This document shows, piece by piece, positions 1 to 11,759 of a stretch of 56,515 nt of DNA (the first letter of the stretch is position 1; every line of letters begins with the position of its first letter). The DNA is from Catajapyx aquilonaris (lineage: Eukaryota). Below the pieces are notes generated by a model, which saw nothing but the letters and a program-made list of their open reading frames with translations, ran no database searches and was not told where the DNA came from. The stretch spans positions 62,001 through 118,515 of the forward strand of contig KZ538171.1 of assembly GCA_000934665.2 (NCBI GenBank), given 5' to 3'. The position numbers and the translations under genes were made by a program.

Positions 1-229
1 CCAACATAGTTGAAGTAATGCAACAAGTTTGTTTATGCTAGCTAACACATCACTGGTTTGCTCATAGTCAGCACTTTTTGTCAAAATGAGATGGTGGCTA
101 TATTTAAAAATATCCATCCACTTCATGTTATTCCAGAATCTAGATGAACCTTGCACACTGGATCTTTAAATGCTATAAACATACTGAAATTGCTTGCTGT
201 GGGGAAAATGAGTATATTGTAACACCAAC

Positions 230-3200
230 CTGATTCCATGGTATGTTGACATTGAAGCCCTCCCCCTTTCCACTTCCCACTACAGTGTGATCTCCTTCTG
301 CTGTTCCAGGGAAGAAGCTCCCATTGTCATAACGATGTACTGACATATAGAGCACACTCAGGTCTTCTTCAAACATGCGCTGCGTCCCATTCCCATGGTG
401 AACATCCCAGTCAACGATCATGACACGCTTAGCGTCATGCATTTGAAGAGCATACTTTGCAGCTGTGGCCACATTGTTCAAGAAACAAAACCCCATGGCC
501 TCATCTGCTTCAGCATGATGGCCAGGTGGTCTAATAATGGCAACTGCAGACCTTGCCTCACCATTCATAACTGCATCAACTGCTGACAGTGCACAACCAG
601 CAGCTAGAATTGCACAGCTATATGTATCTGAGTGGTAATACACACTCTGTACTTCATCCTGCAGTTTGTCCAGTTCACGGGCCTTCATCTTGGATGTTGC
701 AAGTAACTCGGATAAGTACTCCTCCGCATGGCACATCTGGAGTTCTTCCATGGTTGCTTCTCTTGGCTTCAGCTTCAAACAACGCTCTACCAGTCCAAAG
801 TCAAGATGGGCCTGGTATGCACTAGTAATTCGGCTTGGTCGCTCTGGATGCCCTGCATCAGATATATTCCTGTGCCTTGACATTCGCTCATCATAGACGA
901 TTGCTACCTGATGTGGAGCAACTTGAAGGTTAGTTGCAAACATCAAGGCATCCAGGCGCTCATTAAACTTCCCCTTAACATCTTCTGATTGCACTGGATA
1001 GTCGTCCATGACTGGGAATTTTTCTGGGCGCACATATTCAGACAAATATATTGCCTCCACTTTGTGACGCACACCATCTGCTGCTTCTTGTGCTGCTGGA
1101 TATATTTCTTGGAAGCGAAGGGATTTCCAGTATGGTCGGTGTGCATGGATACAGTCCAATATGGCATGGCGTATGGCATTTGAAGGCTCCTTCAGGCTTT
1201 CCACACGTGGACATGGATCTCCCAGAAGGGCCCTAAGGCTGTGGGCAGCCCCCTCAGCCAAAGATTTGAGGCAATATCCACCCTCCAGGACTACTGCCAC
1301 CTTCCCACCAGCCAGGCCCATCAGGCTGCTCACCAAATGGGAGTAGAATGCTGGAGTGACTTCCATCTCACCCTAGCACAAAACATTATGTTAGAAATGA
1401 ACTCAAACATTCACCAAATGTACACTAATTACATCAATATAAAGCCCAGGCCACAAAAGATGCAATATGCTGTATTCCTTCGTTAGCATATGAAAATACT
1501 TGGATTTCCAACTCTTATACAGTAAAACCCTGATAAGATTAACGCAGGTGGTCCAAAATTTGGGTGCATTTCATATTAAACAAGTTCATACTACCTACTT
1601 CTCTCTCATTTTCCCTACCATACCTCCTTCACTCCCTGTTCACGTGCCACAATCCCAGATAAAAGATATGCACACCCTGTTAGAGACGGAGCGCAAATAA
1701 GGCATGTGCATGCAATTCCCATTTTCAAATTTTGATGGGCAAAATCTACGTGAAATGTACACAAATTAAGGGAAACAACAGAAAACAAATCAACATGAGT
1801 GAAATTCTTTTTCATAGCCCAGGAACCATGAGTAACACAATCACATTATTTTCCTCTTAACTGGCTCTCCTTCCCAACAGGATTATCTCCCACACAGATC
1901 TTGTTGCACCCCTCAATTTTTGATACCTCAGGTTAGAGATAATGGCCCCCCTGAGTCTAAGTAGCCAAAGTGACCATAAATAGCCTTCCCCACAAGAATT
2001 TCTTTCATTCTCTTTGTATGAACTGGCCTAGCACTGGACTGCTTATGCCATGACCCAACGGCCATAATATTGTGTAACACAATAATTTCATCTCATTTAT
2101 CTGACAAAACATTGAATTCCTTCTCATCTTTGGGTTTTACTTAACATATATGAGTTTGTCTTATCAGGGTTTGACTATATTATGATTGTATTGTGCAGTT
2201 TCAATATAAAAATTCACATGAAATTATATCATAACACAAGAATGTGTCAGGTATTCAAGCCTAAGAAGTAAATGGCGATTCATGAGGCATTACTGTAATA
2301 ATATCTTGAAAGCAAATACAGGGTGCTCAAAAAATTGCGGAAAGTGGCCACGTAGCCTGATAAGACTCGCACAACAAGTATAGGGATGTGGAAGTAGTTT
2401 TGGGCTAACTTGCATAGTTTTTGCGTACGAAGCCTTTAAGATTTCAGAAGTTTCATGACGTCACATCCGCCTTGAGGCCCCATTGTGTCATCATACATGT
2501 TGTTGTGGCTGTTGCCATTGGCACTGAATATTGTTGCAAATATTGTTGAGAAATAAACAACGATTTCAGTCTGGCAGCTTGTATCTTATGGCCAGAAAGC
2601 CAGACTAAAAACACTGTTTATTTCTCAGCAATCACAGTTGACAATATTCGCAACAATAATAATCAGTGCCAATGGCAACAGCCCCAACTACATGTATGAT
2701 GACGCAATGGGGCCTCAAGCCCTCAAGGCGGATGTGACGTCATGAAACTTCCGAAATCTTAAAGGCGTCGTACGCAAAAACTATGCAAGTTAGCCCAAAA
2801 CTACTTCCACATCCCTATATTAGTTTTGCGAGTCTTACCAGGCTACATGGCCACTTTCCGAGATTTTCTGAGCACCCTGTATAGTGCAATATGAATTAAA
2901 TATTTCATTCAGATAATTATCTTCAGAATTATGGACACACTTAATTACACCCAACCTCAAGGGTCCCTTGTGCAACAGTTCATATCCAAAATGTCCCCAA
3001 GTGCATTACAATATGTAGCTAAGGGCCTGCAATATTCCTCTCTCCCATTAACAATATTAATATACTAATAGCTTTCAAAATGGCGATAAATATAATATAA
3101 ACTGAACCTCTCACCAACAAGTTTAAGATAATTTTCCCAACAAACAACAATTACAAAGTAAAAAAATCAAAATTTCATAATATTGTTGCTTGATTCCGAG

Positions 3201-6200
3201 GCTCCAATTATGATCATTATTTAATTTTAAAATGATAATTTACCTGATACAATTAGTCAATTATAAAGGATACATACACGCTTCTTTAGTGCTCTTTTAG
3301 CTACAATCGAGAATAGTAGGAACCATGAACAGTGCTAAGTTAAATAATAATTAAAATGACACCAGCTAAGCTGTGAAAGTATCTTTTCTTGCACTGTTGA
3401 TGAGAGTTTAGATGTCAAAAATTAAAATTACCTTTTCATCACCCAAGGCAGAGTCAAAACCAGCAGAAACAACAACAAGGTCAGGATTAAACTGTGCCAA
3501 AAAAGTAAGATGGAAAATGCAGGTAAATGAAAAAGTATCAAACTACCATGCAGGAAGGATGGTTGCTAAGCTTAATTTTCTGCCTGTTCTCTTGCACATA
3601 TTGGTCATGCAGCCTTCTTTACATCTATACTAGGGAAATGAGGGTAAAATTTGCACACCTCGGGGCATCCTATTGCAGAGTCATACCCGGCCGACACAAT
3701 GATCAATTCCGGCTGGTACTGCAATAACAACTTCATTATTAGCCAATTGCACTCAAAAAAATAATTAAAATTTCCTACCTACTACAAACCACCCTTGAAC
3801 CCAATGAAATTCCTCGGTAACATACAGAATGGGTAAGTTAATTAACCAATCATCTGAAACCATTTTCTACAATTTCATATTTTCATTACTTTCCCACTAA
3901 CAAGTAAGACTGAAGTATACTCATTATATAAAAGCCGAAGAGATCATTCTAGAATCAAACACAAGAATTATTATCTAAAAGATTTGCTCACTTTCACATC
4001 AATGGAAAGGATATGTTTCAGGATTGACTTTGCTTTCTATGTTAAAATTTTCTTGGACTCTACTGCTATTAAAATCACTGTACATGAAAAAGCGATACGA
4101 ATGTGAGCTCAATAAGGACAATTTCCGACATAAAAAATCTGCTAGAACTAATCCAAATTTGCTCTATAGTTCACATCAATTTTTTACAAGATCCTGAAAA
4201 ATCTGCATTAAAAATATTTCAAAAGCTAAAGCCTGATACGCTGTAATATATGCATTGTGAATGCATTAAGAATTTTTTTCTGTAATGCACTACTAAGAAC
4301 ATTAGAAGAGCAATCTGTGCTGTCAAATTCATAACTGCCTGACCTCATAAGCCATGGGGAGCAACAATTGGTGAAACACAGCCATATAGTCTGAGTTGCC
4401 CATTCCAGTCTGGTTGAGAGGCACGTTGAAATTGAATCCCTTTCCTCTTCCTTCTCCAATATAGTCAAAATCGGACTCTCGAAGAAATGGCCAGAACCTC
4501 CCATTTTCGTAACGGTGAATTGAAAAGTAAACCACTCGAGGGTCATCATAAAACAGCTGCTGCGTCCCTTGACCATGATGCACATCCCAGTCCACAATGA
4601 GCACCTTCTCAAGCTTCCACTTCTCTAGTGCATGCCTTGCAGCAAGAGCTACATTATTGAAAAAGCAATACCCACAAAATTCATCTTCCATTGCATGGTG
4701 ACCTGGCGGCCTAATTATAGCCATGCCATTTTGCACCTTCTCACTGACAATTGCATCCACTAGGTTCAGAGTACTACCAACAGACAGCAGTGCCATCTGA
4801 TAGGTTGCCTCATTCATGTATATCCCATCATATTTCTCCGATGCAACAGTGAGCCGGCCCTGGTCAGTGCATCCTGCTGTTGCTTTTAGAATGTCAGTAA
4901 GAGACTTGGTGTGCAACTTGAAGATCTCAGACTCAGTAGCCTCCCTTGATGAGATGTCATCACATCGATCTACCAGTCCAAGAGCTCGGCACCTCTCTAG
5001 GACAGCAGTGAAACGCTCTGGGCACTCTGGGTGATTGCGATCCCAGGGGCAGAAATGCTCGACCATACGCTCATCATACACCAGTCCAGTGCCTTTTCGC
5101 AACACGTCTTTTGATTCATGTGCCTGGAAGAGAGGAGAAAACACTGATCACAAAGAGCATTACATGAAATCCACAAGCAATAGAATGGGTACAAAATAAT
5201 TACAACCGGGTGAATCAAAAAGTAATTGACAACTTTTTTATTTCTGAATCTTCACTACTGTACTGAAACTGACATATACATGTGAAAGGGCAAGTCTTCC
5301 CCTATTTTTAGACATAGTCACTATACTTTGGTGTACTTGTCCCAGCAGGACACTAGTTTTTCCATGCCACTGCATAAAAAAGTGTTGGGGCTGGCTTGGA
5401 AGTAGTGGCAGACGGCCTGTTTCACTTCGTCTTCGTCACTGAAGTGCTGACTGGCCAGGTGTTTCTTCAGTCGTGTGAAATGCTTGTCTTAACCATAGTC
5501 TACCATCTCTTTGGACCAAGAAAGAAGCACTGGCTTGTTAAGACCTCAGCAACATAGAGGAAGAAAGGACATCCGCCCCTGGCTTCCTAGCCGGCCTGAT
5601 GCTTTTATCTGCAGTGGCAAGGAAAAGCTGGTGTCCCGCTGGGACAAATGCACCAAATTATATGGTGACTATGTTTAAAATTAGAGGAAGACTTTTCCTT
5701 TCATATGTATATAACAGCTTCAGTTTCTGTAGTTAAGCTTCAGAAGTAAAAAAGTTGTCAATTACTTTTCGATTCATCCTCATACTTGTGCACCTACATT
5801 GCACAGTACAGAAATGAGCATGACAGGGAGCATGAACCATGTCACTCCCCCAAGTGCCTCCAGTGATTTGAGGGGTGTGGTGGAAAAAGGTGATAACCCT
5901 CATTTTGGTCATTTTTGACCTAAACACCTAGCTACTACTGTAGTATGTAAAAGACATGACAAACAGTTTGGTATACTCCAAGTTCACGTATCAGGCATGA
6001 GACAGCAACACGGGAATAGATCCAAACCCGCACTGAATGATTTGTGAAGAGAATGTAAACTTCAATTCGCTATCCTGAAAAATTACACTGTTGTGGGTTA
6101 TCACCTTTTTCCACCACACCCCTCATTTGTTAAGCATTCCTCAGCCAGAATGGGTTTGCTGCCACACCAGCAGCAGCATCAATTTTCTGTGCTTTTCCCC

Positions 6201-9200
6201 CCAAAGTTGCATGTGATCCGTATGGGTGGTTTTTACTGTGCAAGGTGTAGATAGCCTTTGAAAAAAAACACAAAATATCAAATTGTGACATGGGCTTGTA
6301 TTGATCAGAATGGGCTGCTTTAGTATAGCACATAAACATGCAATTTCTGTAATTTCTTCTCTGCATAGTTGGCAAAGTACCTTGTTTCCTATGTGTGACC
6401 ACAGCTCACTTCATTGTAAATCTGGTGCATAGGAGAAACTGTCACAGAGGTGAACCACATTTAAATTGCTGAGCATGTACATGATGTGCAACAAAAATTG
6501 CCTCCAGAATTTTAATGCACTTGCAATGCACTTTTAAAATGAAAAGAATTTAAATGCATAAATTCAAGTACATTTTACACTCACATTTCATATTCCACTA
6601 ATCAGTGCAGTTCTGTATCCAAAAAGAATCCTTACTCTGTCAATTACACGTCTTTTCAGCAAGGTCTGAATCAGAACATTGCTACACAAGAAATCCCTGC
6701 AGCAATAAAATGTATTCTTATCCAAAACACTCCTGCAACTATCACATGCAAGCATTAAAACATTTTCCCTGGTTTTCAAGTAAGGCCTCTTTACCATTGA
6801 AAATCTGGAGTCCGCAACACTGGCAGCCATTTTTAAAAGGTACAAATCTACTTCCCACACTTGTTGAGGGGCTCACTGAAGTGTCAAGGTCATGACAAGA
6901 TAAAAAGTCTCTGATAACACACTGAACCGTGAGAGCTCCTGAATCTAAAGCAAACAGGCGTGATAATTCAAGATAAACGGATGGCTTCATCTTAGCGCAA
7001 ACCAAATTATACTGCACTATGGGTAAGTTGCTATGTAAAGATCAAAGAGTAGGTCACCTCAAATATAAAGATCTACAAAGCCAGAAGTTGCAATTTACCT
7101 GAAATAATCAGGGTAGCACTGGACTTATTAACTTAGAAGGCCGCAGAAAATCTGCACCTCTTGTCTGGCTTTCAAAATATGTATAATTGCCCGTTTATTA
7201 GCAGAATATAAAGCACAATATATCTTATGATTTCCTAAATGAGCTATTGCAAATTAACTTCAGAGTTACACATGGAATCCCTTCACATTTGACAGCATCA
7301 TTTACTGCAAATACATGACATAATCATAATCAGTGTATGCCCACATCAAACAGGCCTGTAGTAATGAGAAGGCACTTTCATGTGTAATCTGAAATACACG
7401 AGCAATATAGTATGTTCTAAACGCAATTCCGCAGATTATTGTTATCAGATGTTACAGACATGGTATCCATAACATGACGAGAGTAGCACTCTTTATCGCT
7501 CGAATGATTCATTTTGTCAACTTATCACAATGAATGCTGCAATTATAATTCAAACCTTCTTCAAGTTCACTGCAGAAGGCTCTTCTTCCTTTACATCATT
7601 CTCTAATTTGCAACTGCAAGAAGCAGTCACAGAGGTATCTGTTGGTAGGCCTTGCGAAACCTCCTCCAGCTTATCATCTTTCATAACACTCATTTTGGTG
7701 GGTCTCTGTGTCAAAACTCATGAAAAGTGAACTCGGCCATTAACCTCATTAACTACAACGAAGTAAATAACCCCAACAATATGTTCATAGTTGCCTCAGT
7801 AACGAAGGTGCAGAATATAACTACCTGGATGGGTTGCAACGTGGGACATTAATTAAGGGATTAGAGGCGTAGACAAGGCATTATGTAGCAGTACTGTGAG
7901 TTATTGCATTTCATTCCATTACAGGCCATAGAATGTCCACTATGGCCAACTGTCTGACAGGACTATTGCTCTTAGTTACATGTTCATTAGTATTGTAACA
8001 AAGTGCAACTCCCAAGCAGGTATACTCGGATTTCTATCAAGTCCAAATATTTCGAAAATTGTTATTTCAAATCATTTGAAATTTTGGTAATGGATACTCC
8101 TACTAGTACTTCACAAAATCCAGTGAATTTCATCTTGGGGTTTATACACTTTTATGCCGCTCCAAGGTGAATTGGCCGCTGCCCAGACCAGTTAGGGCGA
8201 AAGTCACGTGTAGATCCTGCAACTTTCACCCCTACTGGTCTCGGGCATCAGGCGATTCATCTTGGGGCGGCACATGAATGGTGACGCCATGTATTACCTA
8301 TTTTCGCACACGTCAAAATTTTCTCCTCGATAAGATTTTCAACCTCCATGACGTTTGCCGCCCTGTAAAATTTGCCGCCCTAGGCACCTGCCTACTTGGC
8401 CTATTGGGTAATACACCCCTGGTTACACTTCACACAAAGAACAAATAGTTCATTCAAATGTAGAATAGTACAATGGCCAATGGTGATTGTCAGGAGTGCC
8501 AACAATGTAACTAACAATTAGAGGCTTGTAACATGTGAGTTATGCATTTTGTCCCAATCCCAGGGTAATGGAGAGGGTAAGTGAAAGAGGAGGGGGCTCC
8601 CAAAATCCTCTCTCGCCACTTCGCATTGCAAAAACTAGCTGGAACGTGGAGAGAGGAGAGAACAGTTGAAGATCATGTAGTGCTAGAGGTTGTTGCTAAA
8701 TGCCAGTACGCAGTACCGGGATTAAGGGAATGTATGCTGCATTTCTGTGTCTTAAAACAGCTCTTTAAAACCTTCACTATCTCTCCCCGTGGCAAGCTCT
8801 TGCCATTTTTCCACTGCATCAGCCACACTCCAGGCTGCACAAGGGTTCTGTCAGATCTCCCCATTTCCCTCCTTTTACGCCTCTTCTGATTCTCCTATTC
8901 TTCATCCCTCTTTCTCTTCAAAAGATATCACCTCAGCTATTTCGAGACGTTGGTAGAGAGCTCCACTCATTTTACCCCCTCTTCCCCCACTCTAAATTTC
9001 TGGATTCAGGATAGAAACAACAGGATAGAGGTCACACACCCTCTTCAGTATCCAGACTTGGGATCAAAAACATGCTCCAGTACTGTGCTTGAAGATTACA
9101 TGATGGAACTTCTAAAAATCAGAGTATAGCTATCCAGACAGTGCCTTCTGCGGTCCTTACTTGTAGTGTTAAAACTTATGCTGCGATATTATAAGAACAA

Positions 9201-11151
9201 TTCAATGCCATGCGGTGCTTTCACAGGTGATGGGAAGTATAGTACACTGTCTTCGAGGCACTTCTTTCGGTGTAGTGTCGGATACTGACTGCCGTCGAAT
9301 ACGTACAATCGAACATAAGATGGCGGGGTGCAAATCTCCCCACGTTCCAATCAGCCTGGAATGTATATATTGTTGGTTTTCCAGTTGTGCCAACTGGCAG
9401 GTTGTTTATACCGTCAGTAAAGGTTATTGAGTTGGCACAACTGGCAACCAACAATTGGCAGGTTTTTGGGCCGTCTCTTTCCTTCTTTTTGTTCAAAATT
9501 CGATGTAGGAGTGATATTAATGAATAACAACTTTGCGCCAAAATTAATCATTTAAATTCGTGGTGGCCCTTTTGATTGTAAAATGCCGGGAAAAAATTCA
9601 TCTGCAGGGTGTCCCAGAAATAAAACTTTTTAGAATCATCCGGCTCTCAGAAAGTCGATCGGCCTAACAGTTTACTCAGTCACTATACCAGCGGTTTCCA
9701 GCCTGGGGGTCGCTGGTGGTCGCGAGCCTTGGTTAAACTTTTTTTTTTTTTTGCAATATCTGTGTAAATTCAACCATTTTTGCGGCAGTACAGAGTATAT
9801 GTTTTCTGGAAATGGGTCAGTCGTAGAACGGGCCCGGGGGGGGGTGTCGCACATTTATGGAAACATGTTTAGGGGGTCGCAGTTGGTAGAAGGTTGGAAA
9901 CCCCTGCACTATACATTGTTCTTATGTTTACATAATATTACCACAACACTGTACTATGATAAACTCCCAAGGGTCCAGACTTTACGGCACCCTGTACTGA
10001 GGAAACATGTTTACATAAACGATCACGTAGGAGCAATGTGACCTTCGCATATACGACTCAACTTGGTGGAAACAGGGGGTATCTGGAGTTGCTATGGTAG
10101 TTGAGTCACCATCCAAGAGATGGCAGGAGCATATTGAACCGGGTTTGGCACCGCAAAGTTCGCTTTTTCTATGCACATCCTCGCGCGCCAAATTCAAAAA
10201 CCCTCAGGACATCATATTAATTATGATGTACTTAGCCGTCAAAGGGTTAATATAAGCCGGAGGGGTGGGGGAAATGATGCAGATAATTGTTGGATGAGCT
10301 TCATTAAGAACATGACCTACACCACAGGCCGCAGGCCTAGAAAAGAGCGAGCGAAGCGAGTGGTTTTCTAGGCCTGCGCCCTAGAAAAATGCGAGCGGAG
10401 CAAGACCTAGTGTCCCATTAATTACACATGCTGCTTCATTTCCCACTCCTTTCTCTCATTAGTTCATGACCTTTCTTCCTCTAAGATCACCATCAGAGAT
10501 GTCAAAGCTGCCAGTATTGGATCCTCAGGTACTAGATTTACAGCGCACTGCCTCAAAGCAATTCCAATCAAATACAATTGAATCTGGATGTAACAGCCTT
10601 GGCTATAACAGACTTTTGGTTATAACATACTCGAAAGGCCAGTCCCATCACACTTCCATATATGGCTTGTGTATTCAGCTATAACAGACATTCGTTATAA
10701 CAGACTGATTTCTGCTTGAAGTCTGTTATATCTGGATTCGACTTCATTATTTGACCCTGATATACTCTATCACATCATGGTTACAGTTGACCAATACATG
10801 ACAGCAGCAGATTACCCAAATGACTCAGTTCAATGTGATGTCTTCAACATCTGGCTTGTGGCACTAAAACTCCCCAGGATCAGTACTTGGTATAAGTCAG
10901 AAAAGTCATTTTATGCACTTTCATGTTATTCTCACCGGCTGATAAAAATCCTGCACCAGTGTTACTTTCAGTGAATCTCTCTTAGGCTTCCTTGCATGAT
11001 TCCTGTGCTCTCCCGCCTTATTTTTGGGCAGGCTTCGATGTTGCAGTACCCTGTCCCTAACTGGCACATCACCTTGCCCTGCCAATCTTGGTGGGAAACT
11101 CCTCTGCTTTCCACTCTTCTTCTTCTCTACCTTGTGCTTCACACCTTCCAT
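230..11151 (-). CDS. HDAC6: Histone deacetylase 6 (class IIb, tandem HDAC domains), multi-exon, 3'-partial (continues beyond window start)
   Basis: Exons (minus): 11151-10936 (MEGVKHK...VQDFYQP), optional 7705-7556, 5123-4344 (AHESKDVLRKGTGLVYDERM...RPPGHHAMEDEFCGYCFFNNVA...VDWDVHHGQG...LPMAYE), 3491-3432 (FNPDLVVVSAGFDSALGDEK), 1372-230 (GEMEVTP...LEGGY...RPPGHHAEADEAMGFCFLNNVA...VDWDVHHGNG...NIPWNQ). All junctions GT-AG, phase 0. Two catalytic domains in one chain are diagnostic of HDAC6. N-terminal exon assignment is less certain than the catalytic exons. Confidence 0.93.
1520..2177. mobile_element. Degenerate pogo/Tigger-like MITE in HDAC6 intron
   Basis: Terminal inverted repeats CAGTAAAACCCTGATAAGA (1520) and TCTTATCAGGGTTTGACTA (ending 2177), flanked by TA. 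Confidence 0.55.
2319..2879. mobile_element. Tc1/mariner-type foldback MITE (near whole-length palindrome)
   Basis: TA|CAGGGTGCTCAAAAAAT...ATTTTCTGAGCACCCTG|TA; the two halves are reverse complements over almost the full 561 bp (e.g. gatgtggaagtagttttgggctaacttgcatagtttttgcgtacga at ~2386 vs tcgtacgcaaaaactatgcaagttagcccaaaactacttccacatc at ~2768). Confidence 0.92.
5203..5782. mobile_element. Mariner-derived foldback element carrying transposase C-terminal remnants
   Basis: Long TIRs (ggtgaatcaaaaagtaattgacaactttttta / taaaaaagttgtcaattacttttcgattcatcc); + strand ~5622-5680 translates EKLVSRWDKCTKLYGDYV and - strand ~5470-5330 translates RLKKHLASQHFSDEDEVKQAV...GMEKLVSCWDKY, both matching the mariner (DD34D) transposase C-terminus. 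Confidence 0.85.
5870..6124. mobile_element. Non-autonomous DNA transposon, Sola-like (copy 1)
   Basis: 30-bp TIR GAGGGGTGTGGTGGAAAAAGGTGATAACCC / GGGTTATCACCTTTTTCCACCACACCCCTC; 4-bp TSD ATTT on both sides; homologous inverted copy at 44911-45159. Superfamily call inferred from GAG..CTC ends and 4-bp TSD. Confidence 0.8.
7556..7705 (-). CDS. Candidate alternative (cassette or alternative first coding) exon of HDAC6
   Basis: 150 nt between acceptor ...ttttgacacag (7708-7706) and donor AAG|gtttga (7555); open in phase 0: RPTKMSVMKDDKLEEVSQGLPTDTSVTASCSCKLENDVKEEEPSAVNLKK; contains caaaATG at 7693; joins in frame to the 5123 exon. Confidence 0.5.
8155..8272. repeat. Imperfect hairpin / small MITE remnant
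   Basis: tgccgctccaaggtgaat...gcccagaccagttagggcgaaagt pairs with actttcacccctactggtctcgggc...attcatcttggggcggca. Confidence 0.55.
9689..9906. mobile_element. hAT-superfamily (Charlie-like) MITE
   Basis: TIRs CAGCGGTTTCCAGCCT / AGGTTGGAAACCCCTG; perfect 8-bp target-site duplication CACTATAC at 9681-9688 and 9907-9914; subterminal GGGGGTCGC repeats. Confidence 0.9.
10575..10744. mobile_element. Small Tigger/pogo-like MITE
   Basis: Imperfect TIRs CAATTGAATCTGGATGTAACAG / CTGTTATATCTGGATTCGACTT with several internal TATAACAG repeats; TA at left end. Confidence 0.55.
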
Positions 11152-11759
11152 GCTGTCACCCTGAAAAGATTAAAACAGGTTATTCAGTTTTTTTAAACAA
11201 AAGTAGTTACAGTATTTGTACGCATCACATCAATAAGGAGATTAATCAATGCCTTCTTCATGAAAAATAACTTTCCTGTGAGAGGTAAAAAGTGCAATCA
11301 ATTTTTCAAGCACATAGGACATGCATAGGAATTGTGATACTAGTTCATTCTCATAAATCTGAGAATCCACAAATCATACTATTTCAGTTCGTCGTGGGTA
11401 CAATAATTTTATAAATGAGTAAAAAAAGCATTTTTGCACGGGTTGTAAATCATATTGGTAAAATAACTGTTTTCAGATATTACACCAATGTCGACTTATG
11501 AGTTTATACTAGTTCATCATGCTCAGTTCTCACAGTCACGGGTTTTCTTTGAACCAAAGCAATTACAAATGACTTGCATGCCAATAACGTAACTCTACTT
11601 AAGTAGATCAGTGCCAAATTACACTTCAGTCACTTGCTGTAATGCAGCCTTGCCTCTGTGACGTTCAAACAAGCGGCAGTGTTTTGTTAATCCTACGAGA
11701 GTTTCAAATCTCTGCAACTTATCAATAAGGAAATAGAACAGTTGCATGATGCGGCATAC

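Noticed and set aside
7098..7170. Exon-like segment with CAG|GTAAAT donor in HDAC6 intron
   Set aside because: Stops in all three frames; not a coding exon.
10325..10405. Short hairpin gcaggcctagaaaa...ttttctaggcctgc around GCGAGCGAAGCGAG
   Set aside because: Looks like a fragment of a common invertebrate dispersed repeat; too short to classify.
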